IMG/VR virus record: IMGVR_UViG_3300017762_000041
Location: 1 to 30,482 of that record
DNA: 30,482 bases
Direction: 5' to 3' (one strand)
From: a virus
Lineage: Duplodnaviria; Caudoviricetes
Made by a program: the position numbers and the translations under genes. This document shows positions 26,326-30,482 of this stretch, piece by piece (position 1 is the stretch's first letter; every line of letters starts with the position of its first letter). The notes under the pieces are model-generated. The model did no database searches. It saw only the letters and a program-made list of their open reading frames with translations, and was not told the DNA's origin.

Positions 26326-27975
26326 CTAGGCAAAAAAGTATTGTGATTTCAATACGTTGTTGATGTCTAAACTACCCTGCTTCGGTGGTGTTGGAACGTC
26401 CTCAGTTCCAAGTGTGACAATAGCATGTTGTCTTAGCATTGTCAACACATCATGTTCAGTATACATCTGAACAAACTCTTGTCTCAATACATCAGACAGC
26501 CTTGGCATCTCGCTACTGTGTGTACCATAGCTGTCGTGTACCATGGCAAAGTGTCTGATACCCTGCTGCTTGCAGGTATTGATAGTCTTAGTCATAGCTG
26601 CTGCATCCATAGAGTGGATGAAGTTAGGGCTAGCACCTGAGCCAGTACGCCGCTTGCTTACTTGGTTAGGTATATCTCTGTTGAGTACTAGCTGTATTGT
26701 GTTGCCGTTGATTAGGCTAGTGATCCTACGTTTCTCTACGTCATTGTAGTTCTGCATGACCAGCCAGTTGGTTGGTGTTACCCATTCCATGTGCTTGTTA
26801 TGACTGGCGTAGACAGCACCGACATCCTTGATGTAGTCCATGACCTGTCGTGCTGCTGTAATCACACCGTTGATTGCATCCCACACATGTCTAGCTAGGT
26901 AGATGGTAGCATCGAATAGGTCATCACCAAATATATCTGGTGTTCCCTTCTCAATCTTATCACGCATAGCTTCCTCAATGTAGGTACGACATGAGTGTAT
27001 CGTGCCACTGTATGGTACAATCATCACTGACCGTTTAGTTAAAGACCTGTCGATGCCAAACTCTATAAATTTTTTCGCTAGAATTTCGCCTTGGTCTGCA
27101 TCCCTAGAGATGTTACGCATGGCTTCCTCTGCTACCTCAGTGTAGATGTCTTGAGGTACATCAGATGCTAGTAGGTTGGTTGCCCTACCACCACGTTCAT
27201 CACGCAGGATAGCTGATAGATGTTGCAGTCCGTTACAGCTACCATCAGCAGATACAGGTAGGTTGGACATGTACCCCCAGCCATGCTTGACTAGGCCAGC
27301 AAACTCTAAGCACCAGCCTAGAAACTGAAAGGGTTTGTCTGCATCTAGCCACCAGTTGTTGTCGTATGGGTTGTCAGCCACACGCTTAACCTCATCTGCT
27401 ATATCCCACGCCCAACCCTCACGCTGGTCTAGTGTGATCTTGTCGTTGCCGTATAGGTTAGCACCATGAATACACAACCATCGTGCGTCATCCCAATTGT
27501 TGATGGCCTTGTCTACCTTGAAGGTCATCAATCCCTTACTCCAGTCTGCTGCCTGTGGTGACAGGAATGTGCTGGCTGGGTACTTGCGAGAACGAAAGTC
27601 ATTCTGCCATACATAATAGAACTCATCGTACTTGCTGTATTGTTCAGCTATTTGTAGTGTGCGTTCCACCTGTATGCGCTTGCTTACAGTCTTGTTGTTG
27701 AACGTATACACCTCGTTGCGTTTCTTACTCCAGTCCTTGAACAGCTTGCGTTCTGCCTCATCCATAGCTGCTGGTTCTTTGTTGAATGGGTAGCTAGGTA
27801 GTGGTCTGTCCTCTCTGGCTGGTAGTCCTGCCCACTCTTGTCCACTGTCCCACATGTTACGGATGATCTCAAGCACTGGCTTGTTGATCTGCCATGGTGT
27901 GTGTTGCAGTGTGTTCAAGCAGTCGAACTCTTGGGATAGGTCACGCTGTTTCAGCTTGGTCATGTGTGCCTTCAT
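26326..27975 (-). CDS. T7-like RNA polymerase, C-terminal catalytic part (thumb/palm/fingers)
   Basis: LQHTPWQINKPVL, DFRSRKYP, ADKPFQFL, motif A DGSCNGLQH, motif B RSLTKRSVMIVPYS, PNFIHSMDA, motif C VHDSY, C-terminal YFFA; own RBS AGGAGAGGA. Confidence 0.95.
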   Translation of the reverse strand: MKAHMTKLKQRDLSQEFDCLNTLQHTPWQINKPVLEIIRNMWDSGQEWAGLPAREDRPLPSYPFNKEPAAMDEAERKLFKDWSKKRNEVYTFNNKTVSKRIQVERTLQIAEQYSKYDEFYYVWQNDFRSRKYPASTFLSPQAADWSKGLMTFKVDKAINNWDDARWLCIHGANLYGNDKITLDQREGWAWDIADEVKRVADNPYDNNWWLDADKPFQFLGWCLEFAGLVKHGWGYMSNLPVSADGSCNGLQHLSAILRDERGGRATNLLASDVPQDIYTEVAEEAMRNISRDADQGEILAKKFIEFGIDRSLTKRSVMIVPYSGTIHSCRTYIEEAMRDKIEKGTPDIFGDDLFDATIYLARHVWDAINGVITAARQVMDYIKDVGAVYASHNKHMEWVTPTNWLVMQNYNDVEKRRITSLINGNTIQLVLNRDIPNQVSKRRTGSGASPNFIHSMDAAAMTKTINTCKQQGIRHFAMVHDSYGTHSSEMPRLSDVLRQEFVQMYTEHDVLTMLRQHAIVTLGTEDVPTPPKQGSLDINNVLKSQYFFA

Positions 27976-27976
27976 A

Positions 27977-28750
27977 CTATCCTCTCCTGATTATACTCAA
28001 TGGGTCTAAGAAATCTGCGTAGTATCCACCCCCCTCTGTGTCTGTCCAGTCCTTGGGTGGTACGATACATGGTGTCCAGCGTGGTCTTGATACTTCCATG
28101 TGTGAATTAAATGCCTTGACCCACTCCTCTGTGATGGGTGTTGCCCTAAGATATGTAGTCGTTTTGTTTCTACTAGTCGATAGCCTTTCCAGTCTGACTA
28201 GCCCTGTGTTCTTGATGATTACATCAACCAGCTTCATGCCTACATGGATACGTTGATCACCTGTCCATGCTAGATGTTTGTATCCATCCTTGTTCATCTT
28301 GTTAGTCAGGCCGTAGCGTCTAGCTGTCGTACCCTTCTCGTTGGCCTTCTTGATTGTGTTCCTTGCTACATCCCCCTCTGCTTCGATCCACTTCTCTAGC
28401 CTGTCTTGCATCTCTATGTTGACACCAATATTCTTTGCTACTTTAACCAAGGCTTGAGCCTTGCTGATGCCATCAACCATAGAGACTAGGGCTATGTATG
28501 CTACAGCGTCAGGCTTCATGCCTTGCAGCTTCTTGTAGGCTACGTCCCTGTTGCTGGTGGGTGTGTCTTGTACTTGCTTTACCCCTTCAGCTACTGAGCC
28601 TACCACTGTGGCAATCATAGTCCTGCCATGTAGTGTGCGTGTCTCTCTGCCCTTGCCTACTGCCTCATCTATCACACGCCTAAACCTGTTGATGCCAGCG
28701 TTCAGCATTTCTCTTTCTAATTCAAGCTGTTGTTCTAAACTGTACCCCAT
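27977..28750 (-). CDS. T7-like RNA polymerase, N-terminal domain as a separate ORF
   Basis: QLELEREM...G..RF, W....RIHVGMKL and PCIVPPKDWT...GGGY match the T7 RNAP N-terminal domain. Start probably ATG 28750 (AGGGGT upstream). Confidence 0.9.
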   Translation of the reverse strand: MGYSLEQQLELEREMLNAGINRFRRVIDEAVGKGRETRTLHGRTMIATVVGSVAEGVKQVQDTPTSNRDVAYKKLQGMKPDAVAYIALVSMVDGISKAQALVKVAKNIGVNIEMQDRLEKWIEAEGDVARNTIKKANEKGTTARRYGLTNKMNKDGYKHLAWTGDQRIHVGMKLVDVIIKNTGLVRLERLSTSRNKTTTYLRATPITEEWVKAFNSHMEVSRPRWTPCIVPPKDWTDTEGGGYYADFLDPLSIIRRG

Positions 28751-28754
28751 AGCC
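28733..28754 (+). promoter_or_regulatory. Antisense copy of the phage promoter motif overlapping the RNAP start codon
   Basis: TCTAAACTGTACCCCATAGCC, 17/21 ungapped identity to the 17648-17668 motif, opposite orientation. Confidence 0.6.
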
Positions 28755-28763
28755 ACACCCCTG

Positions 28764-28919
28764 TTACATGTATAGTATTACTGATAGGATTGGTACGCCT
28801 ACGATCATGCCTAACATAAACACAAATTGTAATCCCATATAGACTTCGTTGTCTGTGTTATGTCCTAACAAACCACTGACTAGGATAGCCAGTAAACAAA
28901 GCCAAACAAAACCTTCCAT
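28764..28919 (-). CDS. 51-aa protein with two predicted transmembrane helices
   Basis: Not in ORF track. MEGFVWLCLLAILVSGLLGHNTDNEVYMGLQFVFMLGMIVGVPILSVILYM; GGGGAGG RBS; start overlaps the upstream stop. Confidence 0.75.
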   Translation of the reverse strand: MEGFVWLCLLAILVSGLLGHNTDNEVYMGLQFVFMLGMIVGVPILSVILYM

Positions 28920-29104
28920 CATTCCTCCCCATAGTGACGCATCATCCAGTGCTGGTGTGCTGATACTTGTTCGTATTCAGTAGACTCCACTGCCCACCTC
29001 GCGTTACACTCAGGACAGAACCACTCAATCATACCATCCACTGCGTATAGTGCTTCTGCCTCACCATCCCCACACATATCACATTGTTTGAAACCCATAC
29101 TCAT
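28919..29104 (-). CDS. Small putative zinc-binding early protein
   Basis: CDMC...CPEC cysteine pairs; GAGGGG upstream. Confidence 0.7.
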   Translation of the reverse strand: MSMGFKQCDMCGDGEAEALYAVDGMIEWFCPECNARWAVESTEYEQVSAHQHWMMRHYGEE

Positions 29105-29298
29105 TTGTCTGTCCCCTCATTGGTACGCATTAACTCACCTTGAACATAGCCCATCTTAAACTTGATATGATACTGAGCCTGATCATTCTTATCATACTGG
29201 TTGTCATATGTCAAGCCATGATAGCCGTTGTGGTATCCCATGACATAGGCATCATCATACTTGTTGCGTGTCTCTTGTTGCTTGTAGTTAGGCATCAT
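29101..29298 (-). CDS. Hypothetical early protein with two xxxGYxxG motifs
   Basis: GGAG followed by ATGATGATG (29301/29298/29295); AYVMGYHNG...FKMGYVQG. Confidence 0.7.
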   Translation of the reverse strand: MMPNYKQQETRNKYDDAYVMGYHNGYHGLTYDNQYDKNDQAQYHIKFKMGYVQGELMRTNEGTDK

Positions 29299-29569
29299 CA
29301 TGTCTCCAAATAAATTCAACAACACCCTTCTTGTACTGACCCTGACCATACCATACACTGGTTAGCATCCTGATGTCTGACATATAAAGATCATTCATTT
29401 CTGTTGCATTGTCATGTATGCGATCAACAATCTTAAAGGTATCTATCAATACACGATACTGTTCATCAGTCAGTACCTTCTTTAGTTTTGCTTGTGTTTC
29501 TAGTCGTTCCTTCTTTGCTGTTGCTTGTATCTTTTCCCAAGCTAACTGGTGTGCATTTTTCTTTGGCAT
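29288..29569 (-). CDS. Hypothetical early protein
   Basis: 93-aa ORF with GGAG RBS. Confidence 0.7.
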   Translation of the reverse strand: MPKKNAHQLAWEKIQATAKKERLETQAKLKKVLTDEQYRVLIDTFKIVDRIHDNATEMNDLYMSDIRMLTSVWYGQGQYKKGVVEFIWRHDDA

Positions 29570-29624
29570 TGCTTTGTCTCCGTCTTGATTGCATGATTGC
29601 TTTATGTACTGGTGTTATCTTCAT
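29466..29624 (-). CDS. Possible 52-aa overlapping early ORF
   Basis: Not in ORF track. TAAGGAG 7 nt before ATG; MKITPVHKAIMQSRRRQ...; overlaps both neighbours. Confidence 0.45.
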   Translation of the reverse strand: MKITPVHKAIMQSRRRQSNAKEKCTPVSLGKDTSNSKEGTTRNTSKTKEGTD

Positions 29625-29769
29625 CGTGATTCTCCTTATCTAAGATAGCCCAATACTGGTCAAATGTGTATACTTTGGCATCGGTTTCAACGTCCATTGG
29701 ATATGCGCCAAAATGTACATAATGGTCAAACACATATTCTTTGATAGCTTCAAAATCATCAGTCATCAT
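29602..29769 (-). CDS. Hypothetical ~55-aa early protein
   Basis: Not in ORF track. MMTDDFEAIKEYVFDHYVHFGAYPMDVETDAKVYTFDQYWAILDKE...; fills the gap, with start overlapping the upstream gene end. Confidence 0.65.
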   Translation of the reverse strand: MMTDDFEAIKEYVFDHYVHFGAYPMDVETDAKVYTFDQYWAILDKENHDEDNTST

Positions 29770-29965
29770 CATCTACCAGTCTTAGCATAGGTTCGTTGTC
29801 GTTGTCAACCCCATAAAGGTAAGTCTCATAGTAAAGATTATCGTCATCCATTAGCTGGCATAGATAGTCAAAGACACAGTGCTTCAGTGCGTTGTCATCC
29901 ATGCAGTGTCCATCAAAGTCTAACTCTATCACCACCTTGGTTGATGCTTTAGGTGTCCAAGTCAT
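29759..29965 (-). CDS. Hypothetical acidic early protein
   Basis: Start reassigned to ATG 29965 (GGAG upstream, ATGA overlap). Confidence 0.7.
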   Translation of the reverse strand: MTWTPKASTKVVIELDFDGHCMDDNALKHCVFDYLCQLMDDDNLYYETYLYGVDNDNEPMLRLVDDDD

Positions 29966-30078
29966 GTCATTTCTCCGTCTACTACTAAAACCCACTGCGA
30001 AACAACGTCATTTTCGTGCCATTCCCACCTTGCTGGTAGGTATTCACCATCTATGTAGATTGTTGGTGTATCAGTCAT
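29962..30078 (-). CDS. 38-aa hypothetical early protein
   Basis: Not in ORF track. TAAGGAG RBS; MTDTPTIYIDGEYLPARWEWHENDVVSQWVLVVDGEMT. Confidence 0.7.
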   Translation of the reverse strand: MTDTPTIYIDGEYLPARWEWHENDVVSQWVLVVDGEMT

Positions 30079-30089
30079 TAGCTTACTCC

Positions 30090-30290
30090 TTAAAACAGTG
30101 GTTCATATGTTGCGCCATCATTATGCCTAGCCTTTAGACTTGATAGCTGTTGCCTCATTGCTGTAACGTCTTGGCCTTGCCACTCAGCATCTTCTATCTG
30201 GACTGCTAGTGCCTTCATCTTGGTTAGAATACTAGCAAGCCTCGCGTCTTGTGTTACGTCTGGATAGGCCGTGTCTATGTACATTCCCAT
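30090..30290 (-). CDS. Hypothetical early protein (helical hairpin)
   Basis: 66-aa ORF ending G..YEPLF; tight packing with neighbours. Confidence 0.7.
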   Translation of the reverse strand: MGMYIDTAYPDVTQDARLASILTKMKALAVQIEDAEWQGQDVTAMRQQLSSLKARHNDGATYEPLF

Positions 30291-30292
30291 GA

Positions 30293-30481
30293 CTAGCCCT
30301 TTACCTTTACAAACTTGCCTGACATTGTGTCACGTTGCGCTAACAGATAGCCCTTGTTGGTGCTGAATGTACCCAGCTTGCCGTATCGCTTGGTGGTACG
30401 TCTAAACTGTACCTGATCAATGGTCAAGACTGGACGCGCTGTTGTTGCTGGCTTGGTGAATAGGTTTTTGATAATGTTAAG
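30293..30481 (-). CDS. Hypothetical basic early protein, start outside window
   Basis: Open frame LNIIKNLFTKP...FRRTTKRYGKLGTF...QRDTMSGKFVKVKG ending TAG at 30293. Confidence 0.65.
   Translation of the reverse strand, partial: LNIIKNLFTKPATTARPVLTIDQVQFRRTTKRYGKLGTFSTNKGYLLAQRDTMSGKFVKVKG
30400..30414 (+). promoter_or_regulatory. Second antisense copy of the promoter core
   Basis: GTCTAAACTGTACCT is identical over 15 nt to minus-strand 17669-17655; lacks the downstream ATTAGC part. Confidence 0.45.
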
Positions 30482-30482
30482 C

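Noticed and set aside
26326-28750. RNAP as a decayed pseudogene
   Set aside because: There is a single break at a domain boundary with an RBS, catalytic residues are intact and cognate promoters are retained.
1154-30137. All plus-strand ORFs in the six-frame track, and nested minus-strand alternate-frame ORFs (e.g. 1089-1346, 8872-9060, 13565-13780, 20460-20753, 27684-27872)
   Set aside because: They shadow well-supported minus-strand genes, mostly have non-ATG starts, and show no recognisable motifs.
28764-30482. Integrase or att site upstream of RNAP, as in some marine T7-like phages
   Set aside because: Only short ORFs are present and no recombinase motifs; one could lie beyond the window.

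Overview
About 30.5 kb from the interior of a T7-like podophage genome (Autographiviridae-type). A marine alphaproteobacterial host is plausible but is only an inference from gene content. All credible genes lie on the minus strand in T7 order, reading right to left. First come small early ORFs and the single-subunit-type RNA polymerase, then SSB, endonuclease I, primase/helicase, family A DNA polymerase, a T5orf172/GIY-YIG nuclease, exonuclease, DUF3310, MazG-like protein and class II ribonucleotide reductase. These are followed by gp6.5/6.7/7.3-like proteins, portal, scaffold, major capsid, a terminator, four small basic proteins, tail tubular A/B, internal virion proteins gp13-16, tail fiber and the start of a LamG-type tail protein. 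Four observations stand out. (1) The RNA polymerase is encoded as two adjacent ORFs (257 + 549 aa), with a ribosome-binding site at the seam, at the position equivalent to T7 residue ~300. (2) A 21-bp phage-promoter motif (TCTAA[A/C]CTGTACC...TAGC) occurs twice in the sense direction and twice in the antisense direction, one antisense copy covering the RNAP start codon, which suggests an autoregulatory circuit. (3) A 204-nt highly structured, possibly switchable or pseudoknotted RNA leader sits before the capsid gene where T7 has a promoter. (4) A cassette of four very basic mini-proteins follows the capsid terminator. All calls come from reading the sequence and recalling family motifs; no database searches were run.
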